DNA of 64,000 nucleotides from an uncultured Candidatus Saccharibacteria bacterium (GCA_964364265.1 CAYILA010000003.1:19959-83958); one strand, 5' to 3'. Shown: positions 1-9,967, counted from the first letter of the stretch. Translations and numbers: made by a program. The notes: generated by a model from the sequence alone, not told the origin.

Positions 1-93
1 ACCCGATTTGTATTCGACCGCTTCTCTTTGTTTCTTGTTAAGGTCTTCGAGTATATTTTTGTCGTTATTTTCAAAGTCGATTTTAAGCTGCAT
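1..93 (-). CDS. UvrD/PcrA-family helicase, N-terminus only (runs off the window edge)
   Basis: Manual translation MQLKIDFENNDKNILEDLNKKQREAVEYKSG matches the SF1 helicase Q-motif (LNxxQxxAV). Extended -10 TGnTATAAT at 101-109. Confidence 0.75.
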   Translation of the reverse strand, partial: MQLKIDFENNDKNILEDLNKKQREAVEYKSG

Positions 94-131
94 GGAGCCC
101 ATTATAACATAACCAATACAAAAACGAGCAC

Positions 132-224
132 AAAAAAGCTCTTTGGAGGTCCCCCATTCTTGCGAATGAGGGATGCTTCAAAGAGCTTTGACGGCTTAGA
201 CACCGAGGTATCTAATTAGTCAAC
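132..224 (-). ncRNA. Candidate two-hairpin small RNA
   Basis: Lies downstream of a sigma70 promoter, folds into two stem-loops, ends in a U6 tract, and has no convincing ORF. Confidence 0.45.
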
Positions 225-230
225 GCACAT

Positions 231-259
231 ATACTAGCATATTTGGGGAAAATAGTCAA
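231..259 (-). promoter_or_regulatory. sigma70-type promoter
   Basis: TTGACT-N17-TAGTAT with a TG extension. Confidence 0.6.
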
Positions 260-263
260 TCCT

Positions 264-707
264 CTACTTTTTCAGCTTCTCTGCCTCCGTCTGAAACTTT
301 TTAGCAGATCCGAAACCTTTGTAAACAGATAAAAATCTAAGATAGGCGACTTCGTCGACGCTTTTTAATTTATCCAAAACCATATTACCTATTTGGCGGG
401 ATGGAATCTTTTTTATATTTGAGACCAAAAGCATGCCCTCAATTTCATCAACGAAGTTCTCAATCTGTTCTTTAGAAAACGGTCTTTTTTCAAAGGCGCG
501 ATGCATGCCGCGGGAAAGTTTTTCTTTTTCGTAATCTTGAATCGAGCCGTCTCTTTTAATCACATGAAGTTTGACCGGCTCTATTTTTTCATATGTGGTA
601 AAACGATAATGACATTTGATGCACTCTCTTCTGCGTCTGACAAAACTATCCTCGTCTCGCGAGTCAATGACCTTGGTATCGGATTTTTTACAGGCAGGAC
701 AAAACAT
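264..707 (-). CDS. nrdR: Transcriptional repressor NrdR
   Basis: CPAC..VIDSR..RRRRECxxC..RFTTYE zinc ribbon, ATP cone, and VAYLRF. Confidence 0.97.
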   Translation of the reverse strand: MFCPACKKSDTKVIDSRDEDSFVRRRRECIKCHYRFTTYEKIEPVKLHVIKRDGSIQDYEKEKLSRGMHRAFEKRPFSKEQIENFVDEIEGMLLVSNIKKIPSRQIGNMVLDKLKSVDEVAYLRFLSVYKGFGSAKKFQTEAEKLKK

Positions 708-826
708 ATGAGTTAATATGATATAAGTTACAAGTTATAAGTATAATAGCACAAAAAAAGAGAGGAATCTGCTATTATTCCACTCTTGCGCCTTTTATCT
801 TCTTTCTTATATCCTCTATCTTGTAA

Positions 827-1987
827 TTATTTCAATTTGCGTCGTATGAAAGCCGGAACCTCGAGCTCTTCCTCGTCGTCGTTTTCTTCCGGTTCAGCCG
901 GTTTTTGCGGCTCCGGAGTGGCCGAAGATCCGAACAAAGGTCGTTCGGTTCTTCTGATTATCTGCGAGCTTGGAATATCAGAGATTGGCGTTTCGCTTTG
1001 AGCTAGATTTTTCTTTGGATATTTAACCTGTTCCGATTCAAAACCGGTGGCTATGACAGTAATTTTTACTTCGCCTTGCATTGCTTCATCAATAATGGCG
1101 CCGAATATGATATTGGCGTCGGTATCGGCCGCTTCGGTGATTGCTTTGGCCGCTTCATCAATCTCATACATACCGAGATCGGGACCGCCGGTGATATTAA
1201 ATAATATACCCTTGGCGCCGTCGATTGAAAGCTCAAGAAGCGGCGAATCGATTGCGGCTCGCGCTGCTTCAATCGCTCGATTGTCGCCGGTTCCGTGGCC
1301 GATTCCCATCAAAGCCGAACCGGCATCGGACATAATCGCCTTAACATCAGCAAAGTCAACATTGATAATGCCGTGATAGATAATTAAGTCGGCAATACCT
1401 TGAACGCCCTGTCGTAAAACGTCATCAACAACGCCGAACGCGTCAAAAAGCGATGTTTTCTTATCGATGACCTGCAATAAACGGTCATTTGGAATAGTGA
1501 TTAAGGTGTCAACCTTGTCTTTCATCTCCGCAATTCCAAGATCGGCGATTTTTCGGCGTCTCATACCTTCAAATGAAAAAGGTTTAGTAACGACACCGAC
1601 AGTCAAGGCGCCCAACTCTTTGGCTATTTCAGCCACAAAAGGAGCAGCACCGGTTCCGGTTCCACCGCCCATACCACAAGTAACAAAGACCATATCTGCG
1701 CCTTTGAGTGTTTCGTAGACCTCTTCTTTATTCTCTTCAATTGCTTTTCTGCCAACCTCCGGATCGGCGCCGGCGCCTAACCCGCGAGTTGTTTCTTTGC
1801 CGATTTGAATTTTTTGGGGGGCTTCGTTAAAGGCGAGAGCTTGAGCGTCGGTGTTGACGGCTATGAATTCAACTCCTCGAAGTTTGGATGTTATCATTCT
1901 AGTCACGGCCGAACAGCCGGAACCGCCGACTCCAACAACACGAATGACTGCAAAATTTTCTAGCTCAGAAGATCTTTTTTCTGCCAT
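827..1987 (-). CDS. ftsZ: Cell division protein FtsZ
   Basis: GGGTGTG tubulin motif, NVDFAD, and C-terminal VPAFIRRK. Confidence 0.99.
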   Translation of the reverse strand: MAEKRSSELENFAVIRVVGVGGSGCSAVTRMITSKLRGVEFIAVNTDAQALAFNEAPQKIQIGKETTRGLGAGADPEVGRKAIEENKEEVYETLKGADMVFVTCGMGGGTGTGAAPFVAEIAKELGALTVGVVTKPFSFEGMRRRKIADLGIAEMKDKVDTLITIPNDRLLQVIDKKTSLFDAFGVVDDVLRQGVQGIADLIIYHGIINVDFADVKAIMSDAGSALMGIGHGTGDNRAIEAARAAIDSPLLELSIDGAKGILFNITGGPDLGMYEIDEAAKAITEAADTDANIIFGAIIDEAMQGEVKITVIATGFESEQVKYPKKNLAQSETPISDIPSSQIIRRTERPLFGSSATPEPQKPAEPEENDDEEELEVPAFIRRKLK

Positions 1988-2040
1988 CTCTTTCCTTAAT
2001 TATTAATCGACATTAAAAGGATTATAGTGGGATAAAATAT

Positions 2041-3273
2041 TTATGGCAAGAAGTGTCTAAAGAAGTTCCTGGTTTTGTCAATAAATCCACCCATTCCAGG
2101 TATATCAAAATCGAAGGAACTCCCTCCCTCGTTCTTATTTTTACCCCATAACATCAACCCTATGGCCGTAGCATATACTGGATCATCAAGCTTGTCAATA
2201 AGGCCGGAAATTTCTAATATCGGTCGACCAACTTGAGCTGGCAGATGCATGGTAGATTTGGTCAACTCAACCACGCCTTCGATTTTTGCCCCGCCTCCGG
2301 TCAGAACTACACCCGCCGGAAGAGCGCCGTCACGGTCTATTCGCGTCAATCTCTCCTTTACGATCATTAGTATTTCATTCAATCTCGCTTCGATAATCTC
2401 CGAAATATATTTGACATTAGCCGTACCCTCTTCGTTTTTATCGAGCTTTCTAAGGTCGATTTCTTCCTTCTCATCGATTTTATCAGGAATAGCGTAGCCG
2501 TATTTTAGCTTAATTAGGTCGGCAAGATCGATATTGGTTCGTAGTCCAATGGCGATATCGTTTGTGATATGGATTGAACCGATCGGAATGACTTCGGAAA
2601 TAATCATATCTCCTTCCTCGAATACCGAGTATGAAGTTGATCCGGCGCCGATATCGATCAGGACTACGCCGATATCCTGTTGTCGCTTCGAGAGGAGAAG
2701 CCCGGCTGTTGAAATTGGAGAATAAACCAGTCCGGAGATACTGACTCCGGCTTGGGTAACGGCCCTAGTTAAGCTTTTTAAAGCATTGGTTGACGTTGAA
2801 ATAACACTGGCAATGACCTCGAGGCGGATGCCGGTCATACCGACCGGATCCTTGATTTCTTCATGACCATCGATTATGAAGTATCTGGGAATGACATGAA
2901 GAATTTCCCGATTTGGTTGGCTCGGTGTCGTTTTAGTGGACTCGATTACTTTTTCGACATCAACCTCGCCTATTTCACCATCTGCCTTGGAAACAGCGAT
3001 TACTCCTTTGGTATCCTCTGATTGGATATGGGCCCCCGATATTCCGACAAAGGCGTTTGCAACTTTCATACCGGACATTTTTTCAGCTTCAACCAACGAG
3101 GCGGAGATTGCAGAAACGGTCTCCTCCACATCAACAATAACGCCCCTCCTGATGCCTTGATTTAAGCTCGAACCGAGTCCAATTATATCGGTGATGCCGT
3201 TTTCGAATTTACCGATACAGGTGATGACTTTCGTGGTGCCGATATCAATTCCGACCGACAAATTATTTCGCAT
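2041..3273 (-). CDS. ftsA: Cell division protein FtsA
   Basis: DIGTTK, DIGAG and LTGGGA motifs. Lies upstream of ftsZ. Confidence 0.97.
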   Translation of the reverse strand: MRNNLSVGIDIGTTKVITCIGKFENGITDIIGLGSSLNQGIRRGVIVDVEETVSAISASLVEAEKMSGMKVANAFVGISGAHIQSEDTKGVIAVSKADGEIGEVDVEKVIESTKTTPSQPNREILHVIPRYFIIDGHEEIKDPVGMTGIRLEVIASVISTSTNALKSLTRAVTQAGVSISGLVYSPISTAGLLLSKRQQDIGVVLIDIGAGSTSYSVFEEGDMIISEVIPIGSIHITNDIAIGLRTNIDLADLIKLKYGYAIPDKIDEKEEIDLRKLDKNEEGTANVKYISEIIEARLNEILMIVKERLTRIDRDGALPAGVVLTGGGAKIEGVVELTKSTMHLPAQVGRPILEISGLIDKLDDPVYATAIGLMLWGKNKNEGGSSFDFDIPGMGGFIDKTRNFFRHFLP

Positions 3274-3380
3274 TAAAACCCTCCAAACATATCATCAAAA
3301 ACAAAATATGGCAGATTTTGCTTTATTTCAAACTCTCATTTACTCTATTTTATTACAGACAGGTATCTTTAAGCAAGTGT

Positions 3381-3761
3381 TTAGACAAATATTTGTTTTA
3401 TGTAGGGCAGAAAAACCAGTAACGCTACAACTACTGCAATAACGGCGCTGATTAGAACGGCGCCGGCCATAGCGTCCTTAACCCTGGCGATAATATGGTG
3501 GTCTTCGGGGTGGCAGACATCGCAGACCTTTTCGATTGCCGTGTTGATAATTTCAATTGCGAAAACTAAAACGACGGCGATGAATAGAACGGCGGCCTCT
3601 ATTCGGGTAACCCCTAAAACATAAGCGAAGATGCCGACCAAAACCGTGGCAACCGCGTGAATTCTGGCATTTTTCTCTGAAATTAACAGAAAAATAACCC
3701 CCCTAAACGCATAATGAAAGCTTTTAAACATTTTTCGGATTGTAAACTTATTATAATTCAT
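3381..3761 (-). CDS. dgkA: Diacylglycerol/undecaprenol kinase
   Basis: SFHYAFRG, EIINTAIE and KDAMAGAV motifs. Follows ybeY. Start moved to ATG 3761. Confidence 0.9.
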   Translation of the reverse strand: MNYNKFTIRKMFKSFHYAFRGVIFLLISEKNARIHAVATVLVGIFAYVLGVTRIEAAVLFIAVVLVFAIEIINTAIEKVCDVCHPEDHHIIARVKDAMAGAVLISAVIAVVVALLVFLPYIKQIFV

Positions 3762-3763
3762 AT

Positions 3764-4159
3764 TTATAGTCCGCAATTAATTAATTTAGCCGTCCTATCC
3801 CATTCTTGCTGATTCTGTTCATGATCGTAACCTAACAGATGCAATAGACCGTGTTTGATAACATCATCCAAATTTTCATCTTTTTCGTTAACGATTTTCA
3901 AAGAGATGATTATGCTTCCCAGCACATTATCAGGCGTCGAGATATCGTTCTCCGGAAAAGAAAGAACATCGGTAGGGGCGTCGATTCGGCGATATTTTTT
4001 ATTTAGAGCCGCTATATCTTTCTCTGTGACGAAACCGATTTCGACTATCCGGTCGGAATCTTTCGATAATTTTTCCACCGATTCGGACAAAAGTTGTCCA
4101 ATATGCTTTTTGTTCATTCCCCAATCATCGGGAAAATCAGCTAAAAATTCTAGTTTCAT
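3764..4159 (-). CDS. ybeY: rRNA maturation RNase YbeY
   Basis: PTDVLSF and HGLLHLLGYDH motifs. Confidence 0.95.
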   Translation of the reverse strand: MKLEFLADFPDDWGMNKKHIGQLLSESVEKLSKDSDRIVEIGFVTEKDIAALNKKYRRIDAPTDVLSFPENDISTPDNVLGSIIISLKIVNEKDENLDDVIKHGLLHLLGYDHEQNQQEWDRTAKLINCGL

Positions 4160-4160
4160 A

Positions 4161-4607
4161 CTAATTACCGGCTAAATATTCATTTACCAAGCGGGCGACC
4201 AATCCACCGTCGGCCCTACCCTTTACTTTACTCATCACTTCACCAATTGCCCGGCCGGTCTGTTCCTTTGTATAGCTTTTGACCGAAAGCGTTTCAGATA
4301 CAATCGTTCGGATTTCATCTTCGCCCATCTGTTCCGGAAGATATTTTGACAAGATTACGATTTCATCTTTCTCTTTCCCTGCCAAATCCTGCCGCCCGCC
4401 CTTTTCATACTCGATTGAAGCCTCACGACGCTGTTTGATCTCTTTAGTAATTACTGTTATGGCGTCTTGGTTGGTAAGTTCGGTTTTCTTTTCTATCGAG
4501 AGATTTTTTAATGCTGTTTTGAGTAAACGTAAAACAGAGACCGTAAGCTCATCTTTATTTTTATAGGCCTCAATGTAGTCAGAATCTATTTGTAAGATTA
4601 AAGACAT
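4161..4607 (-). CDS. GatB/YqeY domain protein
   Basis: KQRREA..GGRQDLA..YLP and GRADG motifs. Follows rpsU. Confidence 0.92.
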   Translation of the reverse strand: MSLILQIDSDYIEAYKNKDELTVSVLRLLKTALKNLSIEKKTELTNQDAITVITKEIKQRREASIEYEKGGRQDLAGKEKDEIVILSKYLPEQMGEDEIRTIVSETLSVKSYTKEQTGRAIGEVMSKVKGRADGGLVARLVNEYLAGN

Positions 4608-4614
4608 GGCGCTC

Positions 4615-4809
4615 CTAATATCCCCTTTTAGATTGTCTGATGGCGGATTTACGAATTGCCGACTTTCTGCGCTGAAGCCGGTTGGGTTCCTGTTCGTGGT
4701 AACGTTTAGTTTTTGCCACAGTTAAAACGCCGCTTTGCTGAACCTCGCGGTTAAAACGACGAAGCATGACATCAAATTTTTCCTCGCCCTTCTTCTTCAC
4801 TTCTATCAA
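4615..4809 (-). CDS. rpsU: 30S ribosomal protein S21
   Basis: LRRFNREVQQSG motif in a basic 64-aa protein. TTGCCA-N17-TATAGT promoter at 4853-4881. Confidence 0.9.
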   Translation of the reverse strand: MIEVKKKGEEKFDVMLRRFNREVQQSGVLTVAKTKRYHEQEPNRLQRRKSAIRKSAIRQSKRGY

Positions 4810-5005
4810 TTAGAATCACCACCTTCCAGATACGCTTATTTGAACAAATACAACTATACCTAAAGATATCATATATGGCAATAGTCGTGCCTATTTGAAA
4901 GCTGTAATTCACGCCAGAATTTGATATCACGCCTACGCAGGCCATTTAACTGATTTGTACATGATAATATTACGTCTCACAATGAATAAATACTATTAAA
5001 AGCTA

Positions 5006-5034
5006 TTGACAGACGAGGATAAGTGTGCTAGTAT
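5006..5034 (+). promoter_or_regulatory. sigma70 promoter of the transglycosylase gene
   Basis: TTGACA-N17-TAGTAT with a TG extension. Confidence 0.7.
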
Positions 5035-5127
5035 ACTCGTGTCGACCAGAAGTCGATTTTTTAATTAATAAGGATATTTGGATCAAGAGATTCTCCGAAA
5101 ATTCTAGCTCGAAGTCCAAATCAATAA

Positions 5128-5811
5128 ATGACTTTAGGTAATTGGAAGGTCAGGAGTTGGGAAATAGATTTTACTAAAATTGGTAAGGTCTTAAAAAATG
5201 TATCTTTATCAGTCATACTTTTCGCCATGTTGCCCACCTCGTTTGCCCCGATTTCCGGTGTGACTGAGGCCAACACTCAAAAAGGTACATTGCTCAATGT
5301 TAAGTTTGATAGGGCCAATCCGTTAAGTGTTGATACCAAAATTTCAACAATAACGCCGGGTGAATCAAAAATAGAAAAAAATGTTCGTTTAGCCGCTGAA
5401 GCCGAAGCCGCCGCCAGAAACACCGTTTCTCGAGGCACGAGAATTCATGTCGACCCGTCTAACTTTGATGAGATGTATCAAAGGGCCGGTGCGGCTTACG
5501 GTGTCTCCCCCGCTCTTCTGAAGGCCGTCCACATTGTTGAAACCGGAGCTTCCGGTTCGACAAGCAGGGCCAACCCTTCAGGCGCGACTGGTCCTATGCA
5601 GTTCTTGCCTAGTACCTTTAGAGCTTACGGTGTTGATGGTAATGGCGACGGTGTGAAAGACATTTGCAATGTCGAAGACGCTGTTTTCTCCGCCGCCCGA
5701 TACTTGAAGGCCTGTGGATATCCGAATGTCAAGTTAGCTTTGTATGGTTATAACCCATCTTCGCGTTATGTGAATAAGGTTGCCAACCTGGCCTACTCAT
5801 TCGGTATGTAA
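5128..5811 (+). CDS. Membrane-anchored or secreted lytic transglycosylase (SLT/MltB-like)
   Basis: N-terminal hydrophobic segment, catalytic VET, GATGPMQF, VDGNGDG and YN motifs. Confidence 0.88.
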   Translation: MTLGNWKVRSWEIDFTKIGKVLKNVSLSVILFAMLPTSFAPISGVTEANTQKGTLLNVKFDRANPLSVDTKISTITPGESKIEKNVRLAAEAEAAARNTVSRGTRIHVDPSNFDEMYQRAGAAYGVSPALLKAVHIVETGASGSTSRANPSGATGPMQFLPSTFRAYGVDGNGDGVKDICNVEDAVFSAARYLKACGYPNVKLALYGYNPSSRYVNKVANLAYSFGM

Positions 5812-5824
5812 TATGGAAAAAAAG

Positions 5825-5861
5825 AAAAACCGCCCAGCGATCACATCAAGGGCGGTTTTTT
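5825..5861 (+). terminator. Intrinsic terminator
   Basis: AAAAACCGCCC...GGGCGGTTTTTT. Confidence 0.75.
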
Positions 5862-5870
5862 CGTCGCATC

Positions 5871-5918
5871 AAAAAGCACCGTGTAAGGGGGGTGAACACG
5901 GTGCTTTTTGTCTAACAC
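5871..5918 (-). ncRNA. Candidate ECF-sigma-dependent sRNA with a C-rich loop
   Basis: 14-bp stem with loop TCACCCCCCTT and a U tract, downstream of CAAAAC-N16-CGTATTAG. Confidence 0.4.
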
Positions 5919-5921
5919 ACC

Positions 5922-5951
5922 CTAATACGCAACATTTAAGAAAAAGTTTTG
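5922..5951 (-). promoter_or_regulatory. ECF-type promoter
   Basis: CAAAAC-N16-CGTATTAG resembles Bacillus SigW/SigM-type TGAAAC-N16-CGTA. Confidence 0.5.
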
Positions 5952-6034
5952 CCGTTTTGACCTATCGTATTTTAATCAATAAAGACCAGAGGCATCAATT
6001 TTTGATGATTCTGGTCTTCCGCCGACACCGGATT

Positions 6035-6442
6035 TTAATGTCGGCGGGGATCCTCCATTCCTATCTTACAGATAAACTTTCGCCCGTTCGTGTGGACATG
6101 ATAGACCACATAACGAATCTCTTGGCACTCCAGAAATATAATTATTTCATGAAGGCCAAGACGATTGAGCAGTCCGTCCGGAATACTGTACGGCCCCTCA
6201 ATAACAGGAGCTTCATCCATATCCCAATCCCAAAGTGTTTTGACCTTGGCAGTCATTCTGGAGTTGTAGGCTGATATACCAGCATGACTTCCATCATTAT
6301 AAACTCTGGCTAGAACCATGGATGTGTCGCCGGCTTGGCTTATGATCCAGACCTCTTTCGGCGCTCTGAATGCTGGTTCGTTGCCTCTTCCCTTTGGCCG
6401 TCCCCGGGGACGGCCGGTTCTTGATGTCGCCAAAGCGATCAC
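6035..6442 (-). CDS. Hypothetical protein with an N-terminal AT-hook-like motif
   Basis: 135-aa ORF containing GRPRGRPKG. A terminator-like hairpin follows at 5982-6018. Confidence 0.55.
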   Translation of the reverse strand: MIALATSRTGRPRGRPKGRGNEPAFRAPKEVWIISQAGDTSMVLARVYNDGSHAGISAYNSRMTAKVKTLWDWDMDEAPVIEGPYSIPDGLLNRLGLHEIIIFLECQEIRYVVYHVHTNGRKFICKIGMEDPRRH

Positions 6443-6513
6443 CTGTCTTTCTATCGCACCGATGAGAATATTTGATAAATGGCTATTTTGTTTCGGATTG
6501 CGAAAACGACTTA

Positions 6514-7824
6514 TTACATCGATGTAAAGCCCTGGTTATCAGCTGTGTCCCAGGTAGCGAATTTAGCGTTAGTCCCCTCTTTTTCTTCGATTTCCATCAG
6601 CCGGTTATATTTTGCGGTACGCTCGGAGCGGCAAGGGGCACCTGATTTGATTACACCGCAACCGGTGGCGACAGCAAGGTCGGAGATGAAATCATCTTCA
6701 GTTTCACCTGAGCGGTGTGAAACGATGACTTTAAAACCGGATTGTTCAGCCAGTTTAATAGTTTCCAAAGTTTCCGATAAAGTTCCGATTTGATTTGGCT
6801 TGATCAGAATACCGGTTGTCGAATGTTGGGCGACACCTTTTGCCAAGAGTGTCTTATTTGTGGCATAAAGATCGTCGCCGATCAATTCAACCTTATGACC
6901 AATCCTTTGAGTTAGTTCCTGCCAGCCGGTCCAGTCGGTTTCGTCCATCGCGTCTTCAATAGAAATAATCGGATATTTTTCTGTCCAGCTCTCATAAAAC
7001 TCTACCATTTTTTGGGTCGTCAAAGTTCTGTTTTCTCGATGGAGAGTGTAAAGGTCCTCCTGATAGAAACGGCTGGCGGCCGGATCAAGCGCGATAAAAA
7101 CATTCTCGCCGGGATGGTAGTTGGCCTTTTTAATTGCCATCACTAAAAGTTCCATTGCTTGTTCGTTTGAGAATAAAGCCGGGGCGTAACCGCCCTCATC
7201 TCCGACTAAGGGTTGATAGCTTCTTTCTTCAAGAATTTTTCCCAGCGCGTGAAAAATCTCGGAGCCGACCCGGATTGCTTCCCGAAAGGTTGTAAACTTA
7301 ACAGGAACAATCATAAACTCCTGAAAATCAGTCGATCCGACAGCGTGTTTTCCGCCGTTTAGAATATTTAAAAATGGAATTGGTATAGTCCATGAGGTTG
7401 TCGGTTTTCCCATCAGCCGGGCTAAATATTTATAAAATGGCATTTTGGCGCTTTTTGATGCCGCTTTAGCCACTACAAGAGATACCGAGAGAATTGCATT
7501 TGCTCCCAGCTTGGATTTGTTTGGAGTTCCATCTAACGACAGCATTTTCTGATCAATCGCTAGGATGTTATCCACATCCATTCCCGCTACCGCTTGTTTG
7601 ATCGGACCGTTCACATTGGCAACTGCTTTCAATACTCCCCTACCGCCGTAACGATTCGGATCGCCGTCGCGAAGTTCTAGAGCTTCGTTTTCTCCAGTCG
7701 ATGCGCCGGAAGGCACAAAACTTAAGGAATGAGTATCGTCTTCCAAAACAATTTCACAGGAAACGGTTGGATTTCCGCGCGAATCGAGTATTTCTCGCGC
7801 CATTAAGTTTTGAATTTTTGACAT
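6514..7824 (-). CDS. eno: Enolase
   Basis: DSRGNPT, PSGASTG, GDEGG and SHRSGETED motifs. Confidence 0.99.
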   Translation of the reverse strand: MSKIQNLMAREILDSRGNPTVSCEIVLEDDTHSLSFVPSGASTGENEALELRDGDPNRYGGRGVLKAVANVNGPIKQAVAGMDVDNILAIDQKMLSLDGTPNKSKLGANAILSVSLVVAKAASKSAKMPFYKYLARLMGKPTTSWTIPIPFLNILNGGKHAVGSTDFQEFMIVPVKFTTFREAIRVGSEIFHALGKILEERSYQPLVGDEGGYAPALFSNEQAMELLVMAIKKANYHPGENVFIALDPAASRFYQEDLYTLHRENRTLTTQKMVEFYESWTEKYPIISIEDAMDETDWTGWQELTQRIGHKVELIGDDLYATNKTLLAKGVAQHSTTGILIKPNQIGTLSETLETIKLAEQSGFKVIVSHRSGETEDDFISDLAVATGCGVIKSGAPCRSERTAKYNRLMEIEEKEGTNAKFATWDTADNQGFTSM

Positions 7825-7846
7825 ATTATCTCCTCATAATACCTAC

Positions 7847-9013
7847 TTACTCGATTGTTACGGTTGACTCGGGAGGAACCACCGCTATCCAAAACTGTCC
7901 GCGATTGAATTTGATTTCGCTGCCGGCAGAATCGTAAAATATCTCGCGATCGGTTTTAGAGTTTTTCTTCCAGGTGGCTTCGATCATGGTTCCGTTGTAA
8001 ATAATCTTAGCGGCACCGCTTCCGATCGTGGTCATTTCATAACCGGCTTCATTAATTCGAGTGATAGTCGCTTTTCTCTTTACGGTCATTACAATTATGT
8101 TTGTCGGATTAATTTGTGTTTTGGTAATTTGATCGACATGGGCTTTGTCGGCCAATGAGCGTTTGTAGGAATTCTTTGTTCTATCATAATCAAATACTGC
8201 CTTGTATTGATTGGTTGAAAAATTGATCGTTATCTTTTGAGATTGGGGCAAGGCAGTCTTTTGGCTGTCATCTATATCTTCGTTGAATTTGTAAACCGTA
8301 TAATTGTTGGCGGTGGAAAATTTCTTGTCGGAAGCGGTTTTGCGGAGCTTAACGGTCGATGTGAACATTGTATGCTCACTAGCTAAATTCTTTGTTCTTT
8401 CTCTCCAGTATGGACTTGGATTACTAAATTGATCCAGATCCAATACTTTTTCTTTTTGAATTTGATCAAGTGCATCAATGTTGCCACCGACATGAGCTAA
8501 ATAAGCATCATAACCGCGAGCCCAATCGACGAAGTAAGTTCTAGCAGATCGGATAGGACCGACTTTTTCTGCTTCAAAAGTACCAAAAATAGCCATGAAT
8601 CGGGTGATGCCGCCTTCGGCGATCGCTTCATAGATTATACTGGCTTTATCTAAGCCGGCTTGAGGACGGGCATCGGGATGGTTTTCAACTACGACAGCAA
8701 GAGGATGTCTTGCCGAGGATTCCTTGGTAGTCATAATTCCATCGAGGGGAGCTTGATAGATTAAATCATTCGTCTCTTCTGTCGTATTTGTATTTTCTGT
8801 CGGTGTGATATTATCCTTTGTTAAAAATCTTATTCCCAGATAGAATAAACTGATAATAATTAAACCGAGTACGATTAAAAAAACAAGCCGCTTTTTGGGG
8901 TTTGCAAAAAAATCCTTAATTCGTTCTTTAAGTTTTTTTCTAGGACCTTTATTATTGACTGTCACATTTTCATTATTTGATTCAGTAGCGGTCGTTGTCT
9001 CTTCTTCAGGCAT
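7847..9013 (-). CDS. DUF3048 (YerB-like) membrane-anchored protein
   Basis: TM anchor, ARPQAGL, EGGITR and GPIRSAR motifs. Confidence 0.88.
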   Translation of the reverse strand: MPEEETTTATESNNENVTVNNKGPRKKLKERIKDFFANPKKRLVFLIVLGLIIISLFYLGIRFLTKDNITPTENTNTTEETNDLIYQAPLDGIMTTKESSARHPLAVVVENHPDARPQAGLDKASIIYEAIAEGGITRFMAIFGTFEAEKVGPIRSARTYFVDWARGYDAYLAHVGGNIDALDQIQKEKVLDLDQFSNPSPYWRERTKNLASEHTMFTSTVKLRKTASDKKFSTANNYTVYKFNEDIDDSQKTALPQSQKITINFSTNQYKAVFDYDRTKNSYKRSLADKAHVDQITKTQINPTNIIVMTVKRKATITRINEAGYEMTTIGSGAAKIIYNGTMIEATWKKNSKTDREIFYDSAGSEIKFNRGQFWIAVVPPESTVTIE

Positions 9014-9037
9014 TTCTCCTCCTATATTCGTATTAAA

Positions 9038-9961
9038 TTAATGCCAATCGGCAATAATTCCTTTTTTACCTTCTAATTTTTGAATATAATCAAACGCGGA
9101 GAGCGCCGCCTTGGCGCCTTCTCCGGCTGATATAACGACTTGCTTATACGGGGTTTGGGTGAGATCGCCGGCGGCAAATATCCCGGGAACAGAAGTTTGT
9201 TGGCGGTTATCGACTATTATCTGATTGGTTTGATCGATATTGACCAAACCCTCTGCTAATTTTCGGTCTACGACATATCCGACTTCGACCATTACTCCGC
9301 CGACCGGAATTTCTTTTCCATCTTTAAGTATAACAGAAGTTACGGTATTGTCTCCCTTAATTTCTAAAACTTCAGTGTTAAATATTATCTCAATGTTCGG
9401 ATTTGATTTCAATCGGTCGATAAGATGTTGTTCGCCGCGAAACTCGGCAGTGCGGTGGATTATGTAAACACGCGAGGCGTATTTTGAGAGCAGTAAGGCC
9501 GCATCCAGAGCGGAGCTGCCGCCTCCGATGACAGCCACATCCCTTCCTTTGTAAAACGGAGCGTCGCATGTGGCGCAATAAGATATTCCATGTCCTTTCA
9601 GCTTCTCCTCGCCAGGCACGGCAAGCTCTCTTGGTTTTTTACCGAACGCAAGTATTATCGATTTTGTATCGTATGACGCGGAAGCGGTTGAAACAATAAA
9701 TGTTCCGTTTTTGGGTTCAATTTTTTTAACTTCGGCATTTTCAATTTTAGCGCCGAATTTAGTCGCTTGCTCCCGAAATTTAGAGATTAAATCCAATCCA
9801 GAGATATTATCGAAACCGGGATAATTTTCAATATCATAGGTTTTTATAACCTGACCGCCAATATCGGCGCTGATTATTAAAGTTGAGAGCGATCTTCTGG
9901 ATGTGTAGATGGCGGCGGTCAAACCAGCCGGTCCGGCGCCGATTATGATTACATCTAGCAT
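9038..9961 (-). CDS. trxB: Thioredoxin reductase
   Basis: GAGPAG, CATCD and AAGD motifs. Confidence 0.95.
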   Translation of the reverse strand: MLDVIIIGAGPAGLTAAIYTSRRSLSTLIISADIGGQVIKTYDIENYPGFDNISGLDLISKFREQATKFGAKIENAEVKKIEPKNGTFIVSTASASYDTKSIILAFGKKPRELAVPGEEKLKGHGISYCATCDAPFYKGRDVAVIGGGSSALDAALLLSKYASRVYIIHRTAEFRGEQHLIDRLKSNPNIEIIFNTEVLEIKGDNTVTSVILKDGKEIPVGGVMVEVGYVVDRKLAEGLVNIDQTNQIIVDNRQQTSVPGIFAAGDLTQTPYKQVVISAGEGAKAALSAFDYIQKLEGKKGIIADWH

Positions 9962-9967
9962 AAAATT

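Noticed and set aside
113-130. Possible LexA box at the helicase promoter (TGCTCGT-TTTT-GTATTGG)
   Set aside because: The second half-site is too degenerate to support.
722-745. TAAGTTA-like heptamer x3 upstream of nrdR
   Set aside because: It is short, AT-rich and not an NrdR box, so it cannot be distinguished from chance.
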